From: an uncultured Chloroflexia bacterium
Lineage (GTDB): Bacteria; Chloroflexota; Chloroflexia; QHBQ01; JADMIH01
Length of the DNA stretch: 64,000 nucleotides
Assembly: GCA_963797095.1 (NCBI GenBank)
Contig: CAWCNY010000005.1
Span: forward strand, 128,001 to 192,000
Direction: 5' to 3'
Shown here: positions 10,176 to 20,049 of the stretch, piece after piece
Layout: every line of letters starts with the position of its first letter
How positions within the stretch are numbered: the first letter of the stretch is position 1
Notes under the pieces: model-generated
Told to the model about the DNA's origin: nothing
Databases searched by the model: none
Seen by the model: the letters and a program-made list of their open reading frames with translations, nothing else
Position numbers and translations under genes: made by a program

Positions 10176-11239
10176 TTCGCGCGCTCCTCTGGCGTGGCAT
10201 AAACATGCAGGGTCGATTCTTCTTCCACCGGGTCGGGCTGTAGCTCGGTCCAGTCGGTGGCGTCATTCACCTCGCGGTCTATGCGCTTCTTGATCTCGTT
10301 CAATTCCTCTTCGGTAGCGATCCCGTTATCGAGCAAGTACTGCCTGAACTTGGGCATTGGCTCCTTAGCGCGCCACTCCTCCACCTCTTCGCGCTGGCGG
10401 TAGGTGCGGTCGTTGTCGTCGGATGAGTGGGCGGTCAGGCGATAAGTCTTGGCCTCTACAAGCGATGGCCCATCGCCCCTGCGCGCTCGGTCGGCGGCTT
10501 CCTTCATTACCTCGTAAACCGCAAGCACATCGGTCCCATCGACCTCAACACCGGGCATCCCATAGCCAACACCTCGCGCGGCCACGCTACCCCCGGCTAC
10601 CTGCTGAGGCACAGGCACCGAGATAGCATACTGGTTGTTCTGGCATAGGAAAACAATGGGCAGGTCATGAATACCCGCGAAATTGAGCGACTCGTGCCAG
10701 TCGCCCTTGCTGGTACCACCTTCCCCGACCGATACTACAGTCACCTCGCCCGAATTGCGCATCTTGGAGGCAAGAGCTACCCCAACCGCATGACAATTCT
10801 GAGTAGCCACCGGCGACGAACCGGTGACGACCTTATGTTTGGCATACCCGTAATGGCCAGGCATCTGGCGACCACCGCTGCTGGGGTCGTCCTTCTTGGC
10901 GAAGTGTTGCAACATTATCTCGCGAGGCGTAACGCCAAGCGTCACGATCATCCCCAGGTCGCGGTAATAAGGAAGGAACCAATCTTTGTCCCGTTCAAGG
11001 GCGAATACAGTGCCTACCTGGATTGCCTCGTGCCCCTGGCAGGAGATTACGAACGGAGCTTTGCCTTGCCTGTTCAACAGCCACATACGCTCGTCCAATG
11101 AACGCGCCAGTAGCATGTAGTACCACATGTCAAGCAATATCTCTTTGTCGAGGCCAAGGGCTTCATGCTTCGGCATCGATTTTGTCTCAGAGGCTCGTTT
11201 GCGGCTGCTCGATCCCACCTTGGTGCCGGTGGTTGCCAT
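10166..11239 (-). CDS. 2-oxoacid (probably branched-chain) dehydrogenase E1 alpha
   Basis: PFVISCQGHEA, SGGRQMPGH, GEGGTS..NNQYAIS TPP motif, HSSDD. Confidence 0.93.
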   Translation of the reverse strand: MATTGTKVGSSSRKRASETKSMPKHEALGLDKEILLDMWYYMLLARSLDERMWLLNRQGKAPFVISCQGHEAIQVGTVFALERDKDWFLPYYRDLGMIVTLGVTPREIMLQHFAKKDDPSSGGRQMPGHYGYAKHKVVTGSSPVATQNCHAVGVALASKMRNSGEVTVVSVGEGGTSKGDWHESLNFAGIHDLPIVFLCQNNQYAISVPVPQQVAGGSVAARGVGYGMPGVEVDGTDVLAVYEVMKEAADRARRGDGPSLVEAKTYRLTAHSSDDNDRTYRQREEVEEWRAKEPMPKFRQYLLDNGIATEEELNEIKKRIDREVNDATDWTELQPDPVEEESTLHVYATPEERAKWR

Positions 11240-11422
11240 ATGTTACCTCCTCGTAACTTATTAAGCAGAAATGGAAGTGGGCGGCGGCAGCACATGATCA
11301 TATCGCCGCCGTCTTTTGCATAATGCGCTTCTTCGCCTTGTTATGCAGTCCTCCTCTGAAAGGACATTGAACATCTTATCATAAGGGGTATGGCTTGTCA
11401 AAGCGATCGCCGCCACGCAGGA

Positions 11423-11552
11423 ACAGGGCTGAAGCAAAGTCGGTATCGGACACACCAAGTTTGGATGTGTCATTCTTCACTTCGTTCAGAATGACAAGGG
11501 CCTAGATGGGCGGCCTTTCCCACCCTCTTATCTGACTTTGCTTCAGCCCTGT
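11423..11552. mobile_element. MITE-like element with 19-bp perfect terminal inverted repeats
   Basis: ACAGGGCTGAAGCAAAGTC (11423-11441) / GACTTTGCTTCAGCCCTGT (11534-11552); no ORF; internal hairpin TGTCATTCT..AGAATGACA. Confidence 0.7.
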
Positions 11553-11669
11553 ATGCGGAAATGGGTCTTTAGCCGCCTGGAAGAGGTACGGGCCGAGGAC
11601 CCCTAATGGGGATGTCCAAAGACACTTGCCCTAAAATGAGAGCTTTCTGAAATAGAGGTAATCGGGCCC

Positions 11670-12995
11670 TCAATGATGGGCTTCAACGAGGACCTTTGCG
11701 ATCTGGGCCCTGGTCGCGGATGCATCCGGCAGGAAGCACCCATTAGCATAGCCATTGAAAGTACCGTGCTGAATTGCGACCTGAACATAAATCCACGCCC
11801 AGTGATTGGCAGGCACATCGCACAGAGCGATCGACGGTTGCCCCTGGAGAGAAATAGGCCAGCCGCGAGAGCGCACGAGCATCTTGGCTACCTGTGCGCG
11901 GGTCACGTAGCTATCGGGCTTGAATGTCTTGTTGGGGTAGCCGGAGAGAATGTTGTGGGCATAAGCCGTTTCAACATAAGAATAGAAGATGTTGGAGCGT
12001 TCGACATCAGTGAAGCTTGGCTCCGAAGGGTTGACCAGGGGCCAGTCTTCCGAGAGAACGATCATCTTTGCCAGTTGGGCGCGAGTAGTCGGATCGTCGG
12101 GGCGGAATTTGCCATTGGAGTGACCCGAAACTATACCCTCACAGGCAAGCTCCATGATATAGCGATAAGCCCAGTAGTTGGGGGTAACATCAGGAAAACT
12201 CAGGTCGCAAGTAACGAGCGTAGCGGTGGGAGACGGTGTCACGCCCTGAGTCGGAGGAAGCGGGGTGGGGATCACTCCTCCAGGGGGAGGGGTAAGCCCT
12301 TGATCGATGGCGATCAGCAGCAGATCGCGTCCAACCGTGTTCGAATCAAGGGAGCTAATCGGATCGCTTGTGCCGTGCAATGAAACACCGAATATCCAAT
12401 TATCGGCCAACCAACGCAGCCGGCGCTCGATGATGGACCCATCAGGTGCCGTGATAGTCGCTGAGTAAGCGGGATATGTGTAAAAGGTGGTCGGTTGCAC
12501 GGCGAAGCCTGATAGCCTGGCGTCCTCCTGTTCGGCGGAGAATGCGGCTTCGGCGCTGGGCCCGTAGGAGAATGGCCTGATCGCGGCCTGCGCCCAATCA
12601 CGTTCGGAGAGGTTCAGCTGCACCAGGTACATGCCTGTGCCGTCGACTATGACCGTAGCGGGCCAGCCAAGCTGATCTGCAAGCTCCAGAAGAGCCTGTT
12701 CCTCCCACCTGGCGGTCACCGTTGGCGAGAAGACGGCTGTAGCTTCAACCGCCGCCACTGTCGGGCTGTATGTAGCTACGGGCGTTTCGCCGTTCTCCGG
12801 GGTCTGAACTACCCCGTAGCCACCCACTTCATTGCCCGCAAAGGCGATGCCTGATGATGTGGATGTAATTGCGATAATGAGCAGGAACACAAAACCGGCA
12901 AGCGCTATTGCCAGCCCGGTGCCTCGCCAACCAGAGCGTTGGCGGCTTGCTGCCCGCTTTGTAATTACTGCCTTTGTGTTCTCTCTTTGCGCCAA
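11670..12995 (-). CDS. secreted or membrane protein with three C-terminal SLH domains
   Basis: N-terminal hydrophobic helix; FPDV..WAY..GIVSG..FRP...TRAQLAK repeated three times. Confidence 0.85.
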   Translation of the reverse strand: MAQRENTKAVITKRAASRQRSGWRGTGLAIALAGFVFLLIIAITSTSSGIAFAGNEVGGYGVVQTPENGETPVATYSPTVAAVEATAVFSPTVTARWEEQALLELADQLGWPATVIVDGTGMYLVQLNLSERDWAQAAIRPFSYGPSAEAAFSAEQEDARLSGFAVQPTTFYTYPAYSATITAPDGSIIERRLRWLADNWIFGVSLHGTSDPISSLDSNTVGRDLLLIAIDQGLTPPPGGVIPTPLPPTQGVTPSPTATLVTCDLSFPDVTPNYWAYRYIMELACEGIVSGHSNGKFRPDDPTTRAQLAKMIVLSEDWPLVNPSEPSFTDVERSNIFYSYVETAYAHNILSGYPNKTFKPDSYVTRAQVAKMLVRSRGWPISLQGQPSIALCDVPANHWAWIYVQVAIQHGTFNGYANGCFLPDASATRAQIAKVLVEAHH

Positions 12996-13009
12996 CTCGT
13001 TTTTCCGTT

Positions 13010-14227
13010 CTAAAGTTTCGTCTCCAGCCGCTCCAGCAAATGCTTGCGAAGAAGATTCAGAGCAGCGAGACTCACCAATCGCGTGATTTCACTCCCGGCG
13101 GTCTGCCAGGACTGCCTGATCTTCCAGACCGAGACCTTGCCCTTCCATTGTACAGCAACCAGGCAAATATCGGCGTCAAACTTGACCGTGTGTCCATCGT
13201 CCCCGACAGTTTCCTGGGCAACCTGGACAGCAAGAGCGAGCGCCGCACCGCTTTCGATCAGCAGGGACCGTGCCGCCAATTCGAGGTCGTCACGGCTGGC
13301 GTGCTGCTCCAGTGGTCTGGCAACAGCGGAAGCCAATTTGCCGCTTGCCGAAAGGAGGGGTGCCAGCGCACCGATAGCGCCGTTCCCTGATTCCAGCACT
13401 GCTACCTCGACATTAGCTGCGTTGAGCAGGTCACCTACAACACCGGCGGGTGTTTCGTTATCGACACCGTAGATGGCTGTGCCCAGGCGCTCGCGCACCC
13501 TGACTTCCAATTGCGCGATCATGGCGTTGGCGGCTCTGAGGTCACTGGCCTTAGCAGAGATACGCAGGTGAATGCCATCCGGTTTCGCATAAGGGGCAAG
13601 GGTCGGATTGGACCCGGTCATCAGGTCGGCTACAACTTCTTCGACCGCCGATTCGCCCATCCCCATGACCTTCAGTGTCCGGGACACAATTACCGTGCCC
13701 GTGATACCGGCCAGCTTCGGCTCTACTTCCTGCTCCCACATGCGCTTCATCTCAAACGGAACGCCCGGCATAGACACGATTGAGCGCGAGCCATGAGAAA
13801 CTTCACCACGCACCCACCAGCCTGGGGCCGTCCCCAAGGGGTTCGGAATGATGCTGGCAGATGGGATGGTGGTTGCCTGTTTCAAATTTCGTTCCGGCAT
13901 TCGCCCGCCCCGGCGAGAGAAGAAGGACCTGAGCGCTTCCTCAAGTTCAGGGACTACCACAGGTGGTTCACCAACGAGAGCCGCAATTGCTTCGCGGGTA
14001 AGGTCGTCCGATGTAGGGCCGAGGCCGCCGGTAGTGATCGTCAAATCGCTTCTTCCCCAGGCACGCTCCAGAACTTCGACGATGCGGCCTAGATTGTCAC
14101 CCACTTGCGAAATATAGTAGCAATCAATTCCCAGCCTGGCGAGACGCTGTGCCAGGTACTGGGCGTTTGTGTCGTTGATCGTTCCGAGGAGAAGCTCAGT
14201 GCCGATCGATACAATCTCAGCTTTCAT
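13010..14227 (-). CDS. cinA: competence/damage-inducible protein CinA
   Basis: MKAEIVSIGTELLLG..DTNAQYL, TGGLGPTSDDLT, GTAPG, MPGVPFEM; C-terminal domain divergent. Confidence 0.88.
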   Translation of the reverse strand: MKAEIVSIGTELLLGTINDTNAQYLAQRLARLGIDCYYISQVGDNLGRIVEVLERAWGRSDLTITTGGLGPTSDDLTREAIAALVGEPPVVVPELEEALRSFFSRRGGRMPERNLKQATTIPSASIIPNPLGTAPGWWVRGEVSHGSRSIVSMPGVPFEMKRMWEQEVEPKLAGITGTVIVSRTLKVMGMGESAVEEVVADLMTGSNPTLAPYAKPDGIHLRISAKASDLRAANAMIAQLEVRVRERLGTAIYGVDNETPAGVVGDLLNAANVEVAVLESGNGAIGALAPLLSASGKLASAVARPLEQHASRDDLELAARSLLIESGAALALAVQVAQETVGDDGHTVKFDADICLVAVQWKGKVSVWKIRQSWQTAGSEITRLVSLAALNLLRKHLLERLETKL

Positions 14228-14370
14228 AGCGTTGAATCGCCATTTTGTGCTGCAAGTGAATTCCGCCCAGTGTATGTCGATTATAGCACAGGATCAGGTG
14301 GATCGGAATATACTTTCTTACAGAATCCCTAATGATCATAACGTAAATCGGACTAGTCAGATTTTCGTAG

Positions 14371-15321
14371 TTAGGTCAACTTCGGCATGGATTGGCTGCC
14401 TGAGTCGGCTGTGGACATGCGCAGCTCAACGCCGGCCACCGTTTCATAAAGGCGTGCTACCGCCGAATAATCCATGCGCCCGTAGCCCTCGGCCTGGGCG
14501 AGGCGATAAAGCTGCTTAGCAACCGCCCCGCCGAAGGTCGGCAGGCCAATATCGTCAGCCCAACGGAGAGCCGCGTTGAGGTCCTTCATCAGAAGATCGA
14601 GCGCGAAGCCGCCCGACAGGTCCCCTGTGAAGAGGGTCTTCGACATCCAGTTTTCCATCAGGTAGTTGGAGCCGCTTGCAGTGCCGATCACCTCGGTCAA
14701 GACCTCAAGAGGCACGCCTCCCTTCACACCGAGGGTAAGCGCCTCAGCATTCGCAACCATGATAATTGAGATCATGAGCTGGTTCACCAGCTTGACCGCT
14801 TGCCCTGCGCCGGGTCCGCCAACGTGGATTACGTGCTTGCCGAGATCGTTCAGGACAGGTTGCGCTCGCTCGAACGCCTCCTTATCGCCTCCAACCATGA
14901 TGGTGAGGGTACCATCGGCGGCACGCACCGGCCCACCGCTCACGGGGGCATCGAGGGCGGCGATACCCAACTCGCTAAGCCTGGCATGATGCTCGCGCGC
15001 TGCGGTGGGGTTTATTGTGCTCATGTCTATATATAGCGGCCTGAGGTCGCGTCCCTCCTGCCTACCTGCCAGCAATCCTTCCTCTCCAAACAGCACCTGC
15101 TGGACCTGGGGGACATCCGGTACGCTTGTGATAACGACCTCGCACTCAGGCAGGAGGTCGGCGGCGCGGGTGCGGACTTCAGCGCCACGGGCGCTAAGTG
15201 CCTGGGCAGGGTCCAGGTTCCGGTGTGGCACGACTACCAGTTTGTGTTGCGCGTCCAACAACCTCATGCCGATTGGCAGCCCCATCGAGCCCAGACCTAC
15301 CAATCCAACTCTCATGGTCAT
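14371..15321 (-). CDS. NAD(P)-dependent beta-hydroxyacid dehydrogenase (3-hydroxyisobutyrate DH family)
   Basis: GLVGLGSMG, DAPVSGG, VKLVNQ, FALDLLMKDL. Confidence 0.9.
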   Translation of the reverse strand: MTMRVGLVGLGSMGLPIGMRLLDAQHKLVVVPHRNLDPAQALSARGAEVRTRAADLLPECEVVITSVPDVPQVQQVLFGEEGLLAGRQEGRDLRPLYIDMSTINPTAAREHHARLSELGIAALDAPVSGGPVRAADGTLTIMVGGDKEAFERAQPVLNDLGKHVIHVGGPGAGQAVKLVNQLMISIIMVANAEALTLGVKGGVPLEVLTEVIGTASGSNYLMENWMSKTLFTGDLSGGFALDLLMKDLNAALRWADDIGLPTFGGAVAKQLYRLAQAEGYGRMDYSAVARLYETVAGVELRMSTADSGSQSMPKLT

Positions 15322-15360
15322 CTTATTCTTGCTCCTTTACTTGTGTTCTCAATGGGCGTA

Positions 15361-15942
15361 TCAGGGTGCGGGCAACGGCAATTCGGTTGCCAGGCCGGGG
15401 AGAGGCTGGACCGGTTGTGGGAGCGGCGTCTCGGTATCGGTCGGGAAGACAACCAATACCGGTGTGTCAGAAGGGGTGACAAAGTCAGCCGGAGTTTCGC
15501 TGGTCAGCACGGTTGGTGTAGGCGTCATTGTGCTGGATGGCCCAGGCGTGACTGTCGACAGAACCGGCAGTGGAGTGGAGGTGCTGAACGGAGTTGGCGT
15601 AGGGAACGGAGTCAGCGTTTCGGTGGCTGTATTGGTAGGGACTGGCGTTCCGGACGTAGGGGACGGGCTGGGCGTGGCACTTGGAGTGTGAGTAGGGCTG
15701 GGAGTTGGAGTCCTGGTAGGGCGAGGGGTTGCCTGTCCCGGTGTGAATGAATTATCTATAGTATTAGGGTCGATGGTCGCTAGGGGTGTGGGCGTGGACA
15801 AGCGTTGCTTTTCCGAGTCATTGGGGAGGAGGTCGCACGCCGCGAGAAGAAAGAGCAGACCGATCGCAAAAAGGGTGATAGCCGCACTCGCGATATATCG
15901 GGCACCGCCGCGAGTTGCGGCATAGTTGGCATCGCTCGGCAT
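15361..15942 (-). CDS. Pro/Thr-rich lipoprotein
   Basis: Hydrophobic signal ending in LAAC lipobox, then (PT)-rich low-complexity chain; extended -10 (TG-n-TATAAT) 7 nt before ATG. Confidence 0.7.
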   Translation of the reverse strand: MPSDANYAATRGGARYIASAAITLFAIGLLFLLAACDLLPNDSEKQRLSTPTPLATIDPNTIDNSFTPGQATPRPTRTPTPSPTHTPSATPSPSPTSGTPVPTNTATETLTPFPTPTPFSTSTPLPVLSTVTPGPSSTMTPTPTVLTSETPADFVTPSDTPVLVVFPTDTETPLPQPVQPLPGLATELPLPAP

Positions 15943-15973
15943 ATTATAGATTATATCACAATAGATAGCTTCT

Positions 15974-17839
15974 TCAGGGGGCACCACCAGCCGAATCGGC
16001 CTCATAGACTTCGACCTTACTGAAGATTGCCTGGCTCGATGGGCCTGTCCAGAGCTTTGCAACCAACCGATCGGTGCCGGAAGGGCAAATCACCGCAGCC
16101 CGGCCTTGCACGCCCGGTTGGTCCCCCGATCTTTTCATGAGGACGGCATTGGTTGTCATGCGCGGTTGGTCCTGCGAGCCGGTGCAAGAGAGGCTACCCG
16201 CAACCTGGGTGCTGTCCGCCTCATCTACGTCAAATTCCAATAAGTAGAGAGTATCAGGCCGGGCTGGCGGGGATGTAACCGCTTGCGTGCCGCCTGGCAG
16301 GGTCAGGAAAGAATTCGTATTCTGAGAGTCTTCGGGCCTGGATGGAAGGAGCGACCAATCTGTGATTGGCAATGAAACATGGGACCGTGTGATAGGCTCA
16401 TTGATCTTCACATAGAGGTCAAGGTAAAGAGGGTTGAAGTAATATTTGTGCATGATACGCTCGTAGCCGAGCGCTTCCAGTTGCTGATGGTAGACCGCGA
16501 ATTTCGGTAAGTCGTGGTAGGGGAACCACACCGCGCTTGCCGTCGCGCTCGCGGGGGTATCTACCACGAGTCCGTTCAGCGCGCCAGGTTGGTAGGCATC
16601 TATTATGGTGCTGTCAACGGGGCGCACTATCAACACCTGGCTGTTGAGGGAGTCGACCGCGGCGACATCGTTGGACATGGTCTCCCAGTCCTGCTTGAAC
16701 GCATCGCTGTACATCAGGCCAACGGATGATAGAGAAAACAGCACCATGACAGCGCAGCCGAGCGCAGCCAATGTGCCTACCCACCGAGACGATTTTCCGA
16801 TCCAGACTATCGTGGCCCCCGCGATAATCACCCAACCCAGCAGGGCGTAAATGGTGGTACGTGACGCCAGTCCTGGGCTAACCAGACTGAGCACAACAGC
16901 CGCTAGCACCGTGCCTGCCCACAGCACTAACGCCGAGATTAAAGCCGTCACCGAACTTTTCAAAAGTGCCATGACCCCCACTACCAGGATCACGAGCGCC
17001 GAAGCCCCCGCCAACCAGTAGAGGAGTGGCTGCATCTCCCAGGGGAGCGCCGATTGAGAGAGATAAAATCCCCTGTTGGCGACCCCCGCGATTTCGAGTA
17101 GTTGTGTGCCCACCTTTTCGTACGCTATGCCCAGATACGTTACTCTGAAAGGGTCTGCATCCTCGACCGCCGTGAACCACTGAGGTATCCAGGGCAGATA
17201 AGCTAGCACTGCCAGCGCAAGCGAAGTGAAGAGCGGAATAAAGTCGCGGCGATGCTTCCTTAGCAAGAGCACAAACAACACGGCCTGGGGAAGCAGCGCA
17301 TAAAACGAGCTGTAGCTGAAGTACATTGCCAGCAGGGTTGCAAAACCATAGAGGACTGCCCAACCTCGGCGCGGAGAGTTAAGATACTCGATAAGCGCCC
17401 AATACGAAACAGCTACAAATAGCATGGAAGGCACATACATGCGTGCCTCTTGCGAGTACCAGATGTGCAAAGGTGATATCGCCAGCAAGAAGGTTGCAAC
17501 CAGCGCGACCCATGCGCCTGCCACGCGCCTTGCCAGCAGGTAAAGGACCGGCAAGGTCAGGATGCCACACACGACACTGACCATACGGCCTGCGGTCAGT
17601 TCGGGAAATATTCTTTCGAACAGCTTGGCGGACGCAAAATAGAGGGGTGGGTGCGAGTCGTAAGCGCCGTTGAACCCAAGGACATCAGGCCACTTCATGC
17701 GTGCGAACATGATCGTGTAGCCCTCATCGATCCAAAGGCCCATCCCCGTGGAATTGTAGAGGCGCAGCACAGCGCCCAGTATGATAGCGCCCCATACCAG
17801 TACGTCCGGTGACCGGTAAATTCTTCGGGTGTCAGTCAA
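15974..17839 (-). CDS. GT-C glycosyltransferase, GT39/PMT-like
   Basis: LWIDE, HPPLYF, SQEARMY motifs and many TM helices. Confidence 0.88.
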   Translation of the reverse strand: MTDTRRIYRSPDVLVWGAIILGAVLRLYNSTGMGLWIDEGYTIMFARMKWPDVLGFNGAYDSHPPLYFASAKLFERIFPELTAGRMVSVVCGILTLPVLYLLARRVAGAWVALVATFLLAISPLHIWYSQEARMYVPSMLFVAVSYWALIEYLNSPRRGWAVLYGFATLLAMYFSYSSFYALLPQAVLFVLLLRKHRRDFIPLFTSLALAVLAYLPWIPQWFTAVEDADPFRVTYLGIAYEKVGTQLLEIAGVANRGFYLSQSALPWEMQPLLYWLAGASALVILVVGVMALLKSSVTALISALVLWAGTVLAAVVLSLVSPGLASRTTIYALLGWVIIAGATIVWIGKSSRWVGTLAALGCAVMVLFSLSSVGLMYSDAFKQDWETMSNDVAAVDSLNSQVLIVRPVDSTIIDAYQPGALNGLVVDTPASATASAVWFPYHDLPKFAVYHQQLEALGYERIMHKYYFNPLYLDLYVKINEPITRSHVSLPITDWSLLPSRPEDSQNTNSFLTLPGGTQAVTSPPARPDTLYLLEFDVDEADSTQVAGSLSCTGSQDQPRMTTNAVLMKRSGDQPGVQGRAAVICPSGTDRLVAKLWTGPSSQAIFSKVEVYEADSAGGAP

Positions 17840-17864
17840 CTGTGCTCACGCGTGAATGACGGAG

Positions 17865-17891
17865 GACGAAGGTTTGCCGTCCTTCGTCCTC
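17865..17891 (-). terminator. hairpin downstream of groES
   Basis: GAGGACGAAGG...CCTTCGTCCTC inverted repeat. Confidence 0.55.
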
Positions 17892-17910
17892 TGCCGTTGC
17901 TCGTTCAAGA

Positions 17911-18201
17911 CTAGTCCAGCACGGCAAGTACGTCTCGCTCCGAGAGAATGAGGTAGTCGTTGCCGTCGAGCTTGAACTCCGTCCCTGAGTACTTAGAATA
18001 GATCACCTTATTGCCGGCTTGAATCTCAAGGGGCACGCGCTCGCCGCTTTCCAGAAGCCTACCGGGGCCAACCGCTATCACCATACCCTCCTGAGGTTTC
18101 TCCTTAGCCGTATCGGGCAACACGATGCCGCTCGCTGTCATTGTTTCCTGCTCGACCGCCTGTATTACTATCCGGTCGCCTAGAGGCCTTAAATTTGACA
18201 T
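17911..18201 (-). CDS. groES: co-chaperonin GroES
   Basis: [39 protein letters not shown]. Confidence 0.96.
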   Translation of the reverse strand: MSNLRPLGDRIVIQAVEQETMTASGIVLPDTAKEKPQEGMVIAVGPGRLLESGERVPLEIQAGNKVIYSKYSGTEFKLDGNDYLILSERDVLAVLD

Positions 18202-18306
18202 GTGCTCCTCCATACAAGATTGCTGAACACTCTATACCGCAAACCGCTTGACAGTGCAACCCCGATCCTGAATCCACCGTTGAATTGATTTGACTCGCAT
18301 GATTGC

Positions 18307-19314
18307 ATGCTATATGATCTCGTTGTGCAGACATCGATACACTCGCAAACTCAGGAGCCACCTGGGGCCGATGCAGCCTCACCGACTACACAGGTGAAAT
18401 CGCAACCTCTTCCGTTACTGCTGTTGAAGGCCATGAGGCCCAAGCAGTGGACGAAAAATGTGCTTCTGTTTGCGGCGCTCGGGTTCGCGCTGAAGTTTAC
18501 CGACATCAACTCGATCTGGCGGTCTATAGCCGGGTTCGGCTTATTCTGTCTCTTTTCGAGTTGCGTATACATCATAAACGACCTGCGCGACCGCGAAAAG
18601 GATCGCCTGAACAAACGCACGGCATCGAGGCCAATTGCATCGGGCGCACTCAAGCCCTCGATAGCAACCGCGTTTGTGAGCGTGCTGCTGCCGGTGACCT
18701 TTATCCTGGGCTACTGGCTTAGCCCCTGGTTCGCCTTCATAGGCGCTATCTATATGGCAAAAGATTTCGGCTATTCTTTCGGGCTAAAGCACGTAGTTAT
18801 TCTCGACGTCTTCTTGATCGCGGCGGGCTTCACCATACGTGCGGCGGCGGGAGCGGTCGTGATTGGGGCCAATATATCGGAGTGGCTGTATATTGTGACC
18901 ACTCTCGGTGCTCTGTTCCTGGCTCTCAATAAGCGCAAACATGAACTGATCCTTCTGGGCGTGGACGCTGGCAGCCACCGCCGCGTGCTAGATGAGTATT
19001 CCCCGGCATTGGTCGAAGAGATGCTCGCCGTGGTCACAGCCTCGACGGTCATGGCCTACAGCCTGTATACGTTCACGGCGGAGAACCTTCCTCAACCCCT
19101 GCGCGACAACCACCTGATGATGCTGACCATCCCGTTCGTGCTGTACGGCATTTTCCGATACCTCTACCTCGTTTATCAGAAGGACGTGGGCAGCACCCCT
19201 GAGGAGGTCTTTCTGACCGACAAGCCTTTGCTCATCTGTGGTCTGCTGTACGTAGTCACCACGGCCACTCTCCTCTACATTTTCTCTCCTCTTAGCGGCT
19301 TGTTCCCCCGGTGA
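18307..19314 (+). CDS. UbiA-family decaprenyl-phosphate phosphoribosyltransferase-like protein (start uncertain)
   Basis: MRPKQWTKN, YIINDLRDREKDR, RPIASG, KRKHE motifs. Confidence 0.85.
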   Translation: MLYDLVVQTSIHSQTQEPPGADAASPTTQVKSQPLPLLLLKAMRPKQWTKNVLLFAALGFALKFTDINSIWRSIAGFGLFCLFSSCVYIINDLRDREKDRLNKRTASRPIASGALKPSIATAFVSVLLPVTFILGYWLSPWFAFIGAIYMAKDFGYSFGLKHVVILDVFLIAAGFTIRAAAGAVVIGANISEWLYIVTTLGALFLALNKRKHELILLGVDAGSHRRVLDEYSPALVEEMLAVVTASTVMAYSLYTFTAENLPQPLRDNHLMMLTIPFVLYGIFRYLYLVYQKDVGSTPEEVFLTDKPLLICGLLYVVTTATLLYIFSPLSGLFPR

Positions 19315-19442
19315 GATTGCCCTGAAAGGCTCAGCGGATGAGCCGGAAAAATGGTATAATTGTTCTATAGGCAAACACAGTTTGTCTTGCAACGATGCTC
19401 CAATGGAGTGAGTATGATAGCCGTGATAAGAGGAGTTAGCGC

Positions 19443-20048
19443 GTGAGCATCCAATCCACCGTTGAACCTGTTGCTCGTTTGATTGACGAGCTTAACAAGC
19501 TGCCCGGCATCGGCCCGAAGAGCGCGGCTCGCCTGGCATTCCACTTATTGAAAAGTCCCAAAGAGCAGACGCAAGCGCTTGCCGAAGCGATTCTCGATAT
19601 GAAGGAGAGGATCGTGTTCTGCTCTGTGTGCTTCAACATTACCGAACAAGACCCCTGCCTGATCTGCCAGGATAACAGCCGCGACCGCAGCAAAATCTGC
19701 GTGGTGGAAGAGCCGTTGGACGTGATCGCAATCGAGCGCACCAATGATTACAAGGGTTTGTATCACGTCCTGCATGGGGCTCTGAACTATATGGAGGGGA
19801 TCACACCACAGCAGTTGAAGATCGAGGAGTTGATCAAGCGGGCGCAAGCTGAGGAAGTTGATGAGATTATCCTGGCTACCAACGCCACCACAGAAGGCGA
19901 TGCCACGGCAATGCTGATCAACCGCCAGCTTGCCAAAATGGGCGTCCGCACCACTCGCATAGCAAGGGGCCTCCCAATGGGAGGCGACCTCGAATACGCC
20001 GATGAAGTTACATTGAGCAGGGCGCTTGAGGGCCGAAGGGAGATGTGA
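19443..20048 (+). CDS. recR: recombination mediator RecR
   Basis: LPGIGPKSAARLA HhH, C4 zinc finger, YHVLHG, ARGLPMGGDLEYAD. Confidence 0.96.
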   Translation: MSIQSTVEPVARLIDELNKLPGIGPKSAARLAFHLLKSPKEQTQALAEAILDMKERIVFCSVCFNITEQDPCLICQDNSRDRSKICVVEEPLDVIAIERTNDYKGLYHVLHGALNYMEGITPQQLKIEELIKRAQAEEVDEIILATNATTEGDATAMLINRQLAKMGVRTTRIARGLPMGGDLEYADEVTLSRALEGRREM

Positions 20049-20049
20049 C

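Noticed and set aside
18225-18262. CIRCE operator upstream of groES
   Set aside because: Does not fit TTAGCACTC-N9-GAGTGCTAA; better read as -35/-10 elements.
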